Positions 1 to 9,967 of a stretch of DNA of 64,000 nt are shown here, piece after piece (within the stretch, counting starts at the first letter, position 1; each line of letters begins with the position of its first letter). The notes under the pieces were generated by a model that searched no databases, was not told the origin of the DNA, and saw only the letters and a list, made by a program, of their open reading frames with translations. This stretch comes from Desulfocapsaceae bacterium. Lineage in GTDB: Bacteria > Desulfobacterota > Desulfobulbia > Desulfobulbales > Desulfocapsaceae. A program made the translations under genes and the position numbers. The DNA is taken from NCBI GenBank assembly GCA_963675545.2, contig CAXXRX010000001.1, positions 96,326 to 160,325 on the forward strand, read 5' to 3'.

Positions 1-1119
1 AGAAACGGCATCACCACAGCGCTGCCGATTGCCTCACTGTTTTACCGTGAATGGGGTGAATCGTGGGATGAGTTCTCTGCCGCAGCAAGTGCTGCAAAAG
101 AACTTGGGCTGCGAGTGTATCTTGGCCCCGCGTACCGTACAGGAAACACATTTATCCGGCATGATGGGGAGATAGATTTCCACTTCGACGAGACACGCGG
201 TCTCAGAGGTCTTGACGAAGCAATACAGTTCTGCCGTACCTTTGAGGGCCAGGCGGGAGGGTTGATCAGCACGATGCTTTCCCCCGACAGGGTTGAAACC
301 TGTACTCCTGAACTCCTGCGTCGTTCAGCAGCAGCAGCTCGTGATCTCGAAGTACCGATCAGGCTTCATTGTTGTCAGTCTCTTTTTGAATATGAAGCCG
401 TGTTGAAACTGCACGGGATGAGTCCTCCAGAGTGGCTGGAGCGTCTTGATTTTCTCTCCGAGCGAACAATCCTGCCTCATGTCACCGTTGTTTCCGGGGC
501 AAATGGGGTTGAAAGGAAAGCCCCGGATATTCAGATCATTCGTGATTCCGGTGCCTCCATTGCCCATTGCCCTCTCGTCATGGCTCGCCATGGTATGGCT
601 ATGCAATCGTTTCGGAAGTTTAATGACCTAGGAATTACAATCGGCATGGGCACCGACACCCATCCCCCTGATATGATCCTTAACATGCAGCTCGGCCTGA
701 TGCTCTGTCGTGTTGCTGAAGCTGATTCCCAGGCCTGCCGGGCTGAAGATTTTTTTAATGCTGCAACGCTGGGTGGAGCTGCAGCCCTTGGCAGAAAAGA
801 CCTGGGACGTTTATCGCCGGGCGCAAAAGCTGATCTCGTGGTCATTGATTTCGATGATCCGGTGATGGGACAGAACATCGACCCGATACAAACACTCATG
901 CTAAATGGCTCCGGCCGGGAAATCAGCACCGTTGTGATTGATGGAAAGTTTGTTATGGAAGACAGGCAGATTAAAGGAATCGATGACAGGAAAATGCGCC
1001 TTCAGGCCCAGCATCAGTTTGATCGACTGGTTTCCCAGTATCCTGATAGAACCTTTAATCATCCGCCTGTCGAGCAGATTTTCTCAACAAGTTATCCTTA
1101 TATAAAGAGGACCTCATGA
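1..1119 (+). CDS. amidohydrolase-family protein (aminohydrolase/chlorohydrolase-like); 5' end lies outside the window
   Basis: Frame +1 is open from base 1 (RNGITTALPIASLFYREW...) into the listed 115..1119 ORF. It shows metal-dependent amidohydrolase-like motifs (IAHCPLV, GMGTDTHP, AKADLVVIDF). Its stop overlaps the next start (ATGA at 1116-1119). Confidence 0.75.
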   Translation, partial: RNGITTALPIASLFYREWGESWDEFSAAASAAKELGLRVYLGPAYRTGNTFIRHDGEIDFHFDETRGLRGLDEAIQFCRTFEGQAGGLISTMLSPDRVETCTPELLRRSAAAARDLEVPIRLHCCQSLFEYEAVLKLHGMSPPEWLERLDFLSERTILPHVTVVSGANGVERKAPDIQIIRDSGASIAHCPLVMARHGMAMQSFRKFNDLGITIGMGTDTHPPDMILNMQLGLMLCRVAEADSQACRAEDFFNAATLGGAAALGRKDLGRLSPGAKADLVVIDFDDPVMGQNIDPIQTLMLNGSGREISTVVIDGKFVMEDRQIKGIDDRKMRLQAQHQFDRLVSQYPDRTFNHPPVEQIFSTSYPYIKRTS

Positions 1120-2573
1120 CAGATATTCTGATACGCAACGTAACAGCGGTGACAATGGATGCTGACCGGCGAATCATCAATGATGCATGCATTACTGTAA
1201 AAGAAGACCGAATTGTTTCAATCAAACACGGGTGCGATGATGTTGAAGACAGAGGTAAACGGGTTATTGACGGCAGGAACATGGTGGCGATTCCCGGGTT
1301 GATCGATTGCCACTCGCATGCCGGGCATGGTCTGGTTCGCTCACTGGGTGCAGGAGATGGCCAAGCGTGGTTTGACGCCTGCGCTCAAATTTATGCCCGT
1401 TATTCTACTGTTGAATTTTGGCGGGCAGAGGCACAGCTCGCCCAGTTGGAACGGCTCAAGTCGGGTGTCACCACCGCCCTGACTCTGCTGGGTGGTGGTG
1501 CGGATGTGTACCGCACCGATGATCCGATTTTTGGCGATGCGCACTGCGAGGTCACGGTAGCGTCGGGCCTCCGGACAATTCTTGCTGTTGGACCAGGCCC
1601 ACGACCATTTCCGCAACGGTTTTATAGAATACAGGAGACGGGCTCTCTGGTGTCTGACATTTCGTTTGAGCGACAGCTTGAGGTAAGTGAGGATCTGATC
1701 CGGCGATGGAATGATGCAGGTAATCGTCGAACCGGAATCTGCCTGATTATGCCCGTTTATAAAGCAGATGATTTGAACGGTAATCCAGCGGTCCGCGGCG
1801 AAATAGAGTTGATGTCACAGCGGATTTCGGATTTGCGCGCCAGATATGGAGTGCTGTTTACTCAGGACGGGCATCGCAATGGTTCCATAAAAATCGCAGA
1901 TGATCTTGGATTACTTGGTCCCTTTGCCCTGCTTTCTCACAGTGTCGATTTGACGCAGGAAGATATTGCCGCACTGAAGAGTTCAGGCTCCAGTGTTGTT
2001 CACAACCCCAGCGCTATTATGTCGGTCTATGGCCGCTGCCCTGCCCCGGAGTTGATTGGTGAAGGAATAACAGTATGCATGGGCTCGGATGCAGGGGCGC
2101 CGGACCGGGGTTTTGATATGTTCAAACACATGACTCAGTGCATGCATTATCATCGCCGCCATTTCCGTGATCCATCCTGGATGCCTCCAGGAAAGGTTCT
2201 TGAGATGACAACGATTGATGCAGCAAAAGCTCTGGGTATGGATGATCTGATTGGCTCTCTCGAAGTCGGCAAGAAAGCCGATATCGTACTGGTTAATATG
2301 CGCAAACCACATCTCTATCCAGCCAATATGCCGGTAACAAGGCTGGCTCATTTTGCTAATGCTGCAGATGTTGATACCGTCATCGTCGACGGCAGGATAT
2401 TGATGTCTCTGCGAGTTTCTGAAAATATCAATGAAGATGAGATACTGGATTCCGCTAATATGCAATTGTCCCTGGCACTTGAACGGAGTGGTCTTCATCA
2501 TTTAACCGATGAACCTCCAGATTTCTGGGGGGTGAATCGTCGTCGGGCAAAAGACTATCCTGTCAAGAAGTAA
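1116..2573 (+). CDS. amidohydrolase-family protein (MTA/SAH-deaminase or chlorohydrolase-like)
   Basis: 485-aa ORF. N-terminal 'ILIRNVTAVTMD' plus 'GLIDCHSHAGHG' (HxH metal site), 'GSDAGAP' and 'KKADIVLVN' are typical of the amidohydrolase superfamily. It is translationally coupled to the upstream paralogue. Confidence 0.8.
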   Translation: MTDILIRNVTAVTMDADRRIINDACITVKEDRIVSIKHGCDDVEDRGKRVIDGRNMVAIPGLIDCHSHAGHGLVRSLGAGDGQAWFDACAQIYARYSTVEFWRAEAQLAQLERLKSGVTTALTLLGGGADVYRTDDPIFGDAHCEVTVASGLRTILAVGPGPRPFPQRFYRIQETGSLVSDISFERQLEVSEDLIRRWNDAGNRRTGICLIMPVYKADDLNGNPAVRGEIELMSQRISDLRARYGVLFTQDGHRNGSIKIADDLGLLGPFALLSHSVDLTQEDIAALKSSGSSVVHNPSAIMSVYGRCPAPELIGEGITVCMGSDAGAPDRGFDMFKHMTQCMHYHRRHFRDPSWMPPGKVLEMTTIDAAKALGMDDLIGSLEVGKKADIVLVNMRKPHLYPANMPVTRLAHFANAADVDTVIVDGRILMSLRVSENINEDEILDSANMQLSLALERSGLHHLTDEPPDFWGVNRRRAKDYPVKK

Positions 2574-2701
2574 ACGTTTCATTTTTTTCGCTCCTCAAAC
2601 AGTGCTTCATTGGTTATGATACGGTGTTTATCGCCCAATTTGTGAGGGCACCAGGAACGCAAAATGAAAAAAACCGGAATATAAACGTTTTGCCAACATC
2701 C

Positions 2702-3418
2702 ATGAATACAAAATTATCAGCAGATAAGAAATCTCGAGCTGAAATTGCCTATCTCTCGTTGCGTCGGGCAATTATCGAGCAGACACTGGAACCGGGCACC
2801 AAACTGCCGGAAATTGAAATCGGCTCCGCTTTTGAAATGAGTCGAACGCTGGCCCGTGAGGTCTTGGCTCAACTCAGAAGTGACGGACTTGTTGATGTAG
2901 AGAAAAATCGGGTTGCTACCATTGCCAGTCCCAGCTTAGGTGAAGCTCAAAAGGTGTTCAGTGTTAGAAAATGCCTCGAGCGAGAGGTCGTTCGCCAGGT
3001 TTGTCAGCACTGGAATACAGAAATAGGAGAAACCCTTGAGAATCATATACAGCAAGAGCGTGAAGCGGTTGACGAAAACAACCAGAAGTTGTCAATTCGT
3101 CTTGCCGGTGAATTTCATATCCTGTTGGCCGAACTTTCGGGAAATTTTCTGTTAAAAAAATATGTCAATGAGGTTGTAAGTCGGTGCTCGTTGATCCTTG
3201 CCCTTCACGGTCGTCCCCATTCATCAGAGTGTGCAGTGACAGAACATCTTGAACTGGCTAAAGCATTTTCCATAAATGATAGAGAACGTGCGAGCGAGTT
3301 GATGGATGCACATATTGGATCGGTTGAACAACGCGCTATGATATCTGGAAACTCAGCTAAGAAACTCGATTTAAGCTCTGTTCTCGGGAATTATGCCAAA
3401 CAAATCAACGGGGTGTGA
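2702..3418 (+). CDS. GntR-family transcriptional regulator (FadR/FCD-type C-terminal domain)
   Basis: Winged-helix N-terminus ('AYLSLRRAIIEQTLEPGTKLPEIEIGSAFEMSRTLAREVLAQLRSDGLV') is followed by an all-helical ligand domain. I chose the internal ATG at 2702 (MNTKLS...); the ORF is open from 2624. Confidence 0.8.
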   Translation: MNTKLSADKKSRAEIAYLSLRRAIIEQTLEPGTKLPEIEIGSAFEMSRTLAREVLAQLRSDGLVDVEKNRVATIASPSLGEAQKVFSVRKCLEREVVRQVCQHWNTEIGETLENHIQQEREAVDENNQKLSIRLAGEFHILLAELSGNFLLKKYVNEVVSRCSLILALHGRPHSSECAVTEHLELAKAFSINDRERASELMDAHIGSVEQRAMISGNSAKKLDLSSVLGNYAKQINGV

Positions 3419-3503
3419 TATTGATAAAAGCGGGGATATCTGCTTGACATGAGCAATGCAACACCATCAAAAGCCAGCTGAGAGCATATTTTGAGAAGCG
3501 CGC

Positions 3504-3538
3504 CCAAAGCCATCAGTCTATAACGGATGGCTTTGGGG
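3504..3538. other. perfect 12-bp stem / 11-nt loop hairpin in the 250-bp intergenic region
   Basis: cccaaagccatc (3504-3515) pairs with gatggctttggg (3527-3538). No flanking U-tract, so terminator function is unproven. Confidence 0.3.
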
Positions 3539-3732
3539 CATGCTTGAAACGAGCGGTATCAGACTATTTTCTGACAATACAAAATGTCACGGAATCAGAC
3601 GAACAGAGCTCTGAATCCGGTATAACCCTGTTGTAACAGTTCGCCGTTTTAAAACCAGCTTTTGATGTGATTTCAATCAGATCTGAATGGGAAAAACAAA
3701 TCCATGCTAAATATCAAATAAAGGGTGCGTTC

Positions 3733-4221
3733 ATGAGTGATTTTGAGCAGCTACAGAAAAAACAAAACAAGACGTTCATAGTGGTTTTTATCAATTTCTT
3801 TTTGTTCATGATTCTTTTTGCGGGCCTGGGCTATGTGACCTGGCAATCAGCTACGCTGGTAAACCGGCTAAAAGGAGACCTGGACAGAGCCGAGCAGACG
3901 ATAGCCCACCTGCAGAACCGTTTCCAACAGATAGACACGGATGCGATCGTTGACCGGCTGGTTGCCACAGCATCACAACGAATTGGCGAGTCAATTAAGG
4001 AAGTTGTTCAAGGATCTGATATTACTGGGCCAATCGTGCAGGCATCGGAAAAACTGGCAGCCACCCATGACATGATCGAACAGACAGTTCAAGCAATACA
4101 GGGGATCCAGGATACAGTCAAAGATTTGGATAATAAGGAAATAGCCGAACTGGTTTCATATCAGATCTTAAAAGGCCTTGGCGATGGCTTTCAGGAAGCG
4201 GCAGAGGCCCGAAAACCATAA
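3733..4221 (+). CDS. hypothetical membrane-anchored coiled-coil protein
   Basis: One N-terminal TM segment (FIVVFINFFLFMILFAGLGYV) followed by a Q/E/D-rich helical region. Start taken at ATG 3733; the ORF is open from 3667. No recognisable family. Confidence 0.5.
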   Translation: MSDFEQLQKKQNKTFIVVFINFFLFMILFAGLGYVTWQSATLVNRLKGDLDRAEQTIAHLQNRFQQIDTDAIVDRLVATASQRIGESIKEVVQGSDITGPIVQASEKLAATHDMIEQTVQAIQGIQDTVKDLDNKEIAELVSYQILKGLGDGFQEAAEARKP

Positions 4222-4310
4222 AAGAGTAAGCGCCTTTTAACGTTTCAACCAAATCTGTAGACATAACTGCGGCTACGAATTTGTAACCGAAAAAATTATC
4301 ATCGAGTTTG

Positions 4311-4706
4311 TCAATGCGAGGAGGAAATTCTTTCTATTCTGACGAGAGCCAGCCAGCAGACGGGGACATAAACGGCAGCCCACCATGGCATATCAAAGCA
4401 GAGCATTGATGAGCTGTCTTCCGTCCGGTCGAGTTTATGACCGGTTGCCCCAAAGGGGCCGATGCGCCAACTCCAAAAGTCCAGATCTCTGAACTCGGAG
4501 ATCGTGAAGGGAAGCCAGAAATAAAACAGTGTTTGCACCCGCCCGCTGCTATTGAACCGGATATGCCGATCCTGGCAGTCGACACGAAGAAGAGAAGGGC
4601 CCCATTGCGGCCAAAGATGAGTATCGGTTAACACACTCCAGACAGTCTCAGGCGTTGCGGCTATTTTTCTGCAGATTGCAATTCTGTTCTTCTCAAGCCG
4701 TATCAT
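4311..4706 (-). CDS. SRPBCC-superfamily protein (polyketide cyclase/START-like)
   Basis: 131 aa. The N-terminus 'I.A.PETVWSVLTDTHLWPQWGPSL' is the typical SRPBCC opening motif. It lies 7 bp downstream of the preceding gene. Confidence 0.6.
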   Translation of the reverse strand: MIRLEKNRIAICRKIAATPETVWSVLTDTHLWPQWGPSLLRVDCQDRHIRFNSSGRVQTLFYFWLPFTISEFRDLDFWSWRIGPFGATGHKLDRTEDSSSMLCFDMPWWAAVYVPVCWLALVRIERISSSH

Positions 4707-4713
4707 CTCGTGC

Positions 4714-5697
4714 TCACGCCTTTGTTGTGCTCACATACCGTGTGGTCATATCAGCAGCTTCAACCGAAGGAAGTGACCTGATTCGTTGAAAAAGGGTTCT
4801 GCATTTTTCAACGGAGAGCTTTTTCACCGCAGCTATCGATTCAATTTCATTTCGAATGTGAGGAAATCCGCCATCAGTACTCGTCATCTCTTCCTTTGCT
4901 ATAATCTTCGAATATATCAGGGACTGGGCGCAGCACGATTGCCATCTTTGCGTGCTCACAGGACGGCCAAAAATATAGTCGAGTGTCAGTTCATCACCCG
5001 GACTGAACAGGCTGCCCTTGAGATTCAGCATTTTCACAACTTCCCCATCGATGTCGCGTGTTCGCAGGTGCCATTCCTTTGTGAGACGTTTGGTAAGTAA
5101 TTCTCCGAGCAGAAGATGTATTGAGCCTGCCTCTATATAGGTGTTCTTCCCTGGAACCAATACTTCGAAAATACGCTTTGTCCGCAATGCGTCCCGAAGC
5201 GCAAAGCGTCTGGCATCGGCAATTGCAAAGGAGTTCATGGCAGCCAGTATTTTTGAGAAGTTGTCTCCGCGGACTTCCTTATAATACGATATCAGATGTT
5301 TCGTTGCATCGCGTTCAGCGCAGTAAACAGCATGGGCGGGAGTGTTTGGCAGAATCTCATCAGGGCGATGATCTTCGGCAAAAAAATTTTGAATCCAAAA
5401 CAGATGATCGAAATATGGTTCGACCTGCAGTATTTCTTTTCCTGTCGTGAAGAATTGCTGGAGTAGCCGGTACTGAGCCAGAGTAAAGGCCGGATAATCA
5501 TTATCGAGTTCAAGCAGGTGTTCCCCGAGCTCAATGTCACCGCGTAGTACCTTGCAAAAATCGGGGTGAAGAGGCTCTTCAAGAAGAATCACATCATGGT
5601 CAGTCATGACTCTGGCTGTAAATTCCAAAGTCTCCGGACCATGAGCAGAGTAACAGAGGGTTACATCACACATGGGGTCATGATAATCACGATACAC
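4714..5697 (-). CDS. hypothetical protein (327 aa, no family recognised)
   Basis: Long uninterrupted ORF, co-directional and tightly spaced with the SRPBCC gene. Overlapping opposite-strand ORFs are shorter and low-complexity. Confidence 0.6.
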   Translation of the reverse strand: MYRDYHDPMCDVTLCYSAHGPETLEFTARVMTDHDVILLEEPLHPDFCKVLRGDIELGEHLLELDNDYPAFTLAQYRLLQQFFTTGKEILQVEPYFDHLFWIQNFFAEDHRPDEILPNTPAHAVYCAERDATKHLISYYKEVRGDNFSKILAAMNSFAIADARRFALRDALRTKRIFEVLVPGKNTYIEAGSIHLLLGELLTKRLTKEWHLRTRDIDGEVVKMLNLKGSLFSPGDELTLDYIFGRPVSTQRWQSCCAQSLIYSKIIAKEEMTSTDGGFPHIRNEIESIAAVKKLSVEKCRTLFQRIRSLPSVEAADMTTRYVSTTKA

Positions 5698-5975
5698 TCT
5701 TGAATGAACCTAGAAATTGAAAGCAATTGAGGAAGTCTATAAGGGCAGGGAAAGAAAGAAGTCTTCAGACAAACGTGGACTTGATCATCATGTTGTAAGT
5801 ATCTATGGTGGGTGAATTGTATAGGTGGAATTATCATGTTCCGTAGATTTTTTCTCTTGTCTGACCGAAAAAAAATCATATTGTTGATAGTTAAAAAGGT
5901 ATGAACAGGCGGTTTCCATAAGAGCCTGCTCTACAGCAACACTCAGATAGTTAAATCTTAGAACATGGAGGAAGT

Positions 5976-6155
5976 ATGAAAGGCGAAACGATTTCGAAAG
6001 AATTTCAGAAAATGGTATGGGTTCAGGACCAGAATGGAAAAGAATATGCTTGTTATATCGATGACCTCAAAAACATAAAGAAGAAGGAAGACCTGACTGA
6101 AGAGGAAAAGGCAAAATGCACCGACCTGAGCACTGTGTTAGGTGATAGCTGGTAA
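5976..6155 (+). CDS. small hypothetical protein (59 aa), absent from the ORF track (below its size cut-off)
   Basis: ATG at 5976 is preceded by a strong SD (GGAGGAAGT, spacing 5-6 nt). It translates to MKGETISKEFQKMVWVQDQNGKEYACYIDDLKNIKKKEDLTEEEKAKCTDLSTVLGDSW, with TAA at 6153-6155, and is followed by a hairpin. Confidence 0.5.
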   Translation: MKGETISKEFQKMVWVQDQNGKEYACYIDDLKNIKKKEDLTEEEKAKCTDLSTVLGDSW

Positions 6156-6194
6156 GGATTACGTTGTATGATTCATGCCCTGAGTCTCACTGCA

Positions 6195-6235
6195 CCCCTG
6201 TTACTGATTAAGTGACAGGGGGGCTGCTTTATTAT
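6195..6235. terminator. putative bidirectional terminator hairpin between convergent genes
   Basis: cccctgttac (6195-6204) pairs with gtgacagggg (6212-6221), giving 10 bp with one G-U and a 7-nt loop. It is followed by ggcugcUUUAUUAU and overlaps the last codons of the minus-strand oxidoreductase. Confidence 0.4.
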
Positions 6236-7481
6236 CAGTTATTTCCTCTACGATAGCTTCTCCTGTCTGACGACCCGAGAGCAGTGCCCATTGAGTTCCC
6301 GGCAGACTCCCATGCTCGCCACAGGCTCGTACGTTTTCACGAACGGGAGCCGGAAGCATATAAGGGTTTGGCGTGGGAGGCTCCTGACAGGGCAGGGCAT
6401 GCGCTATGTGGTAGGTATGAAGATAATCCCAGTCTTTGACAGCACTGCCAAACCAGTCAAGACACTGGTTGCGTACCTGGTCTTTCAGATCTTCCTTTCC
6501 AAGATAGTTCCGCCCCAGCACAACGACGGATATCAGTGTTTTGCCTGAAGCAGAATAGCCGGGAGAAACCAGGCTGGGAAAGGCCATGTTGTTGATCGGC
6601 CCGTTGCCGTCTCCATTTAAAACGAGAAAAGGATCTTTGAATGGTGGTCGCCAGTCACCGGCGAAATACAAACAGCTCTCGCCAATGGATGAATCTGAGG
6701 ATGGCAGTCCTAACAGTTGTTCACAAGCTGGTTGAGACGTTGCAAGTACCACCCTGCGGCCCTGGATTTTACGGCCATCAGCGAGGGTAACAATGTTGTT
6801 GTCCAGATGTACTGCCTTGCTGTTAAGCAGAATAGCTTCTGCGGGAAGCTTCGCTGCCATTTGCCTGGGAATATCTCCCATACCCTGTGCCGGAAGGGCA
6901 GCATCTCCGTCTGCAAAGACCCTGAAAATATATTGAAGAACACGACTGGAGGCCTGTATGGACGGGTCAAGACAGGCTCCGGCAAAAAATGGTACGAAAA
7001 ACCTCCTGATAAACCCCTCTGAAAATCCCTGTTTGTGAAGAAAATCTATGGTTTTGTCTTCCCGTTGCCTGAATATCTGTTCGAAACTTCCCCTGCACAC
7101 TGCTTTCGTCAGGCGCAACATGGCCAGGCGGTCCTTCAGTGTACCAATGGGTGATGCAAGTGTTGACGGAATATACCGGGGATGATGCCGGGGATCGGCA
7201 ATAATGTGGAAATCTCCGTTATACCGTACAGCAACCCCGGCGGGGAATTTCATCAGCTTTAAATGCTCAAGGTCCAGCATTCTCCGGGCTTCAGGATAAC
7301 CGGTCTGCAGAACCTGGAAGCCATGGTCAAGACGAAATCCGTCTATTGTGTCGGTTTGAATTCTTCCACCAACGGTATTTCCTGACTCAAGAATGATGAA
7401 GCTGAGGTCGCTCTTCTGCAGCGTCAGTGCGCAACTCAGTCCCGCAATTCCGGCACCAATGATAACAACATCAAACTTCAT
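6201..7481 (-). CDS. NAD(P)/FAD-dependent oxidoreductase (amine-oxidase / phytoene-desaturase-like fold)
   Basis: N-terminal Rossmann dinucleotide motif 'DVVIIGAGIAGLSCAL...ILESGNTVGGR'; 426 aa. Confidence 0.85.
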   Translation of the reverse strand: MKFDVVIIGAGIAGLSCALTLQKSDLSFIILESGNTVGGRIQTDTIDGFRLDHGFQVLQTGYPEARRMLDLEHLKLMKFPAGVAVRYNGDFHIIADPRHHPRYIPSTLASPIGTLKDRLAMLRLTKAVCRGSFEQIFRQREDKTIDFLHKQGFSEGFIRRFFVPFFAGACLDPSIQASSRVLQYIFRVFADGDAALPAQGMGDIPRQMAAKLPAEAILLNSKAVHLDNNIVTLADGRKIQGRRVVLATSQPACEQLLGLPSSDSSIGESCLYFAGDWRPPFKDPFLVLNGDGNGPINNMAFPSLVSPGYSASGKTLISVVVLGRNYLGKEDLKDQVRNQCLDWFGSAVKDWDYLHTYHIAHALPCQEPPTPNPYMLPAPVRENVRACGEHGSLPGTQWALLSGRQTGEAIVEEITDNKAAPLSLNQ

Positions 7482-7530
7482 GGTAACTGACCTCCTGTGT
7501 TGTCCGAAATCGGAATATCATATAGCTTTT

Positions 7531-8568
7531 TCATTGTTCGAGCAGAACAATCGGCGGAGGGTTCAGCAAGCCTTTAACCCACCGTGAGGGCCAGCCGTGC
7601 TGTCCATACAGGGCTCCGAAAAGAGCGCCAAGGACAGCGCCCCTTCCGGCATTGTCACCCCCGCACATGGTGTTTGCTATCATTCCACTCTCTGGTGCAT
7701 GCTGATATTTGAGGGCAAGATAGAGTGTTGCCGGCACCGCTTGATCAACATAACAGGCTGAGGAGAAATGTCTGCCCACGACAACCGAATCAGGATAGTC
7801 GGAAAAGTTCTGGAGGGCCGGCCCGTCAAGATTGACAGAAGATTCTTTTATCCCCGCACAAATAGCCTGGTAGAGGGTTTCTCCCTGCAGAAGGCTGAGA
7901 AGAGTGACGGAAATCAGCTCACCCCACTGTCTCATGGCTGCTCCGCCATGGGTTAGCGCCAGATGCTGCAATGAAATTTCGCGGGCATAAGCGGGTTTTT
8001 TCGAGAACGCGATGGTCAAGGGGAGCATCAGGCTATATCCGCCAATATGGTTTTCATCCATTCGGCCGCAACGAGACGGCTCTTTACCTTTGCCATAATT
8101 GCTGAAAAAATGTCTGAGATACTCCTCAATATAGGTATCTTTATGGCATCCGGGGGTGGTCATGAACGCTATGAGTCTGTCAAGCCAGGATGCGGCTGAA
8201 TAGAGGCCGTCTTCCCGGAGCATCAGCAGAAGTTCTCTTGCCAGTTGAAGGTTGAGTGTGTTTTCTCCGGCCTGGAGGAACTGGTGGTAATGGATGTCCC
8301 TTTTGCCCCAATACTGCGCCTGATCATGGAGAATATCAACGTTTCCAGAAGATGGTGTGTAGGATGAGCGCCAGAGAATGGAGTCGGGATGTGGATTATG
8401 GGGACGCCGGTAGTCTGTAATTTTGCCGTAATCATTTAACAGGGCCTGCGTGTTGTAATACCAGTGGACCGGCATTGCCAGGGCATCTCCGATAAACATG
8501 CCGAGGAGCGCACCCGAAACACGATCCATTGATGAAATGGGTTTGTTCATACCACTTTGCTGTTTCAT
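7531..8568 (-). CDS. ADP-ribosylglycohydrolase-family protein
   Basis: 'DRVSGALLGMFIGDALAMPVHWYY' at the N-terminus and 'GGDNAGRGAVLGALFGA' near the C-terminus are the two conserved metal-binding blocks of this family. Confidence 0.8.
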   Translation of the reverse strand: MKQQSGMNKPISSMDRVSGALLGMFIGDALAMPVHWYYNTQALLNDYGKITDYRRPHNPHPDSILWRSSYTPSSGNVDILHDQAQYWGKRDIHYHQFLQAGENTLNLQLARELLLMLREDGLYSAASWLDRLIAFMTTPGCHKDTYIEEYLRHFFSNYGKGKEPSRCGRMDENHIGGYSLMLPLTIAFSKKPAYAREISLQHLALTHGGAAMRQWGELISVTLLSLLQGETLYQAICAGIKESSVNLDGPALQNFSDYPDSVVVGRHFSSACYVDQAVPATLYLALKYQHAPESGMIANTMCGGDNAGRGAVLGALFGALYGQHGWPSRWVKGLLNPPPIVLLEQ

Positions 8569-8873
8569 TATTGCTCCGGTTCCTCCGTGGGCGATACCGG
8601 TATTTTGGTTTTATGTAAAAACCAGGGGAAAACTGTTGTTTTCTGTCATATAAGCTTGCAATTCCATATTTTCCCGGTGCATTTACCAAATGTTCCTGGG
8701 TCATAGACCGTTAGTAGCAGTTTGGCTACATAGCAACATTTTCGATATCACTTCCCGACGAGGGAGTCTGAAAAATCTTGTGGTCACCCTGTTTTCTCTG
8801 TTAATCATTAACAAGCGGTCGTCAACGTTTGATGATACAGTTGCTGAACACCTTTCATTATGGACGGTAGACT

Positions 8874-9332
8874 ATGATACGCCAGTTGCGAGGAATCATA
8901 CTTATAAGCGTTTTTACCGGCATGCTGGCTTCCTGCTCCGGGGAAAAGCCAACCCAGCTGGGAGTTTTTGGCGGAAGGCTGAGCGAATGTCCCGATTCAC
9001 CGAATTGTGTTTCCAGCCAGGCGGAGGACGCAGCTCATCGTATCGCACCACTGGAATTTAAAGATGAACCTGAACCCGCCTTTTCCCGCTTAAAACAGAT
9101 ACTGGTGCGTCGGGGAGATACTGATATTATTGAAGAGCTTCCAGGTTATCTGCAGGTTGAGTTTCATACACTGCTTTTCGTCGATGACGGGGAATTCCTG
9201 CTCGATGATGAGCAGCGGCTGATTCAGGTTCGCTCGGCCTCCCGACTGGGATACTCGGATCTGGGGAAAAACCGCAGTCGCCTGGAGGAGATCAGGCAGC
9301 AGTTTAACGAACCAAAGAGCAGCCGCGAGTAG
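8874..9332 (+). CDS. DUF1499-family lipoprotein
   Basis: Lipobox 'GMLASC' after a signal peptide. 'CPDSPNCVSS' is the characteristic DUF1499 motif. Confidence 0.75.
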   Translation: MIRQLRGIILISVFTGMLASCSGEKPTQLGVFGGRLSECPDSPNCVSSQAEDAAHRIAPLEFKDEPEPAFSRLKQILVRRGDTDIIEELPGYLQVEFHTLLFVDDGEFLLDDEQRLIQVRSASRLGYSDLGKNRSRLEEIRQQFNEPKSSRE

Positions 9333-9424
9333 AGTTGGTGAACGTAAATCTACTTGTTTTGGCCGCGTGGCTGTTGAGCAAAGATCACGGGGCTGGTTAA
9401 CTTCATGTAAAAGGAGGAAGAGCA

Positions 9425-9964
9425 ATGAATCTTGAATTATCGGCTAAACGCTGGAGTCCTTACTTGGCAGGAGCTCTGGTCGGTGTACTGGCAACGCTAA
9501 CGGTACTGATCAGCACGGCGGTTCTCGGCAGTCCGAAATATCTGGGTGCCTCGACCACCTTCGTGCGTGTCGCCGGACTGGCCGAGCAGACGGTTGCGGC
9601 GGAACACGTTGCTGCCAATGACTACTTCACCAAGACAAAAGTGAAAGTCGACTGGCAGATGATGGTGGTCTGCGGCATATTCATTGGTGCCCTGCTGTCT
9701 GCCCGCCTGGGCAAGAGCAGTCAGTACGAAACTGTACCGCCGATCTGGCGGGAACGGTTTGGCAACAGTGCTTTGACCCGCGGTTTGGGTGCCTTCGCCG
9801 GGGGGGCTATACTTCTTTTCGGCGCCAGGCTGGCAAGCGGTTGTCCGAGCGGCCACGGTCTTTCCGGGAACATGCAGCTGGCGGTGAGTGGCCTGCTGGC
9901 CCTGGTGTTTTTCATTGTCGGTGGTATCGTTACTGCCCGGCTTCTCTACGGGCAAGGGAGGTGA
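9425..9964 (+). CDS. YeeE/YedE-family (sulfur-compound transport) membrane protein, N-terminal-type half
   Basis: Polytopic membrane protein with the 'SGCPSGHGLSG' Cys-loop. Strong SD (AAGGAGGAAG) upstream. Confidence 0.8.
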   Translation: MNLELSAKRWSPYLAGALVGVLATLTVLISTAVLGSPKYLGASTTFVRVAGLAEQTVAAEHVAANDYFTKTKVKVDWQMMVVCGIFIGALLSARLGKSSQYETVPPIWRERFGNSALTRGLGAFAGGAILLFGARLASGCPSGHGLSGNMQLAVSGLLALVFFIVGGIVTARLLYGQGR

Positions 9965-9967
9965 AAC

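Noticed and set aside
8690-9061. A 123-aa plus-strand ORF overlapping the DUF1499 gene start.
   Set aside because: It is in a different frame from the DUF1499 lipoprotein, which has a clear lipobox and family motif. This ORF has no features of its own.
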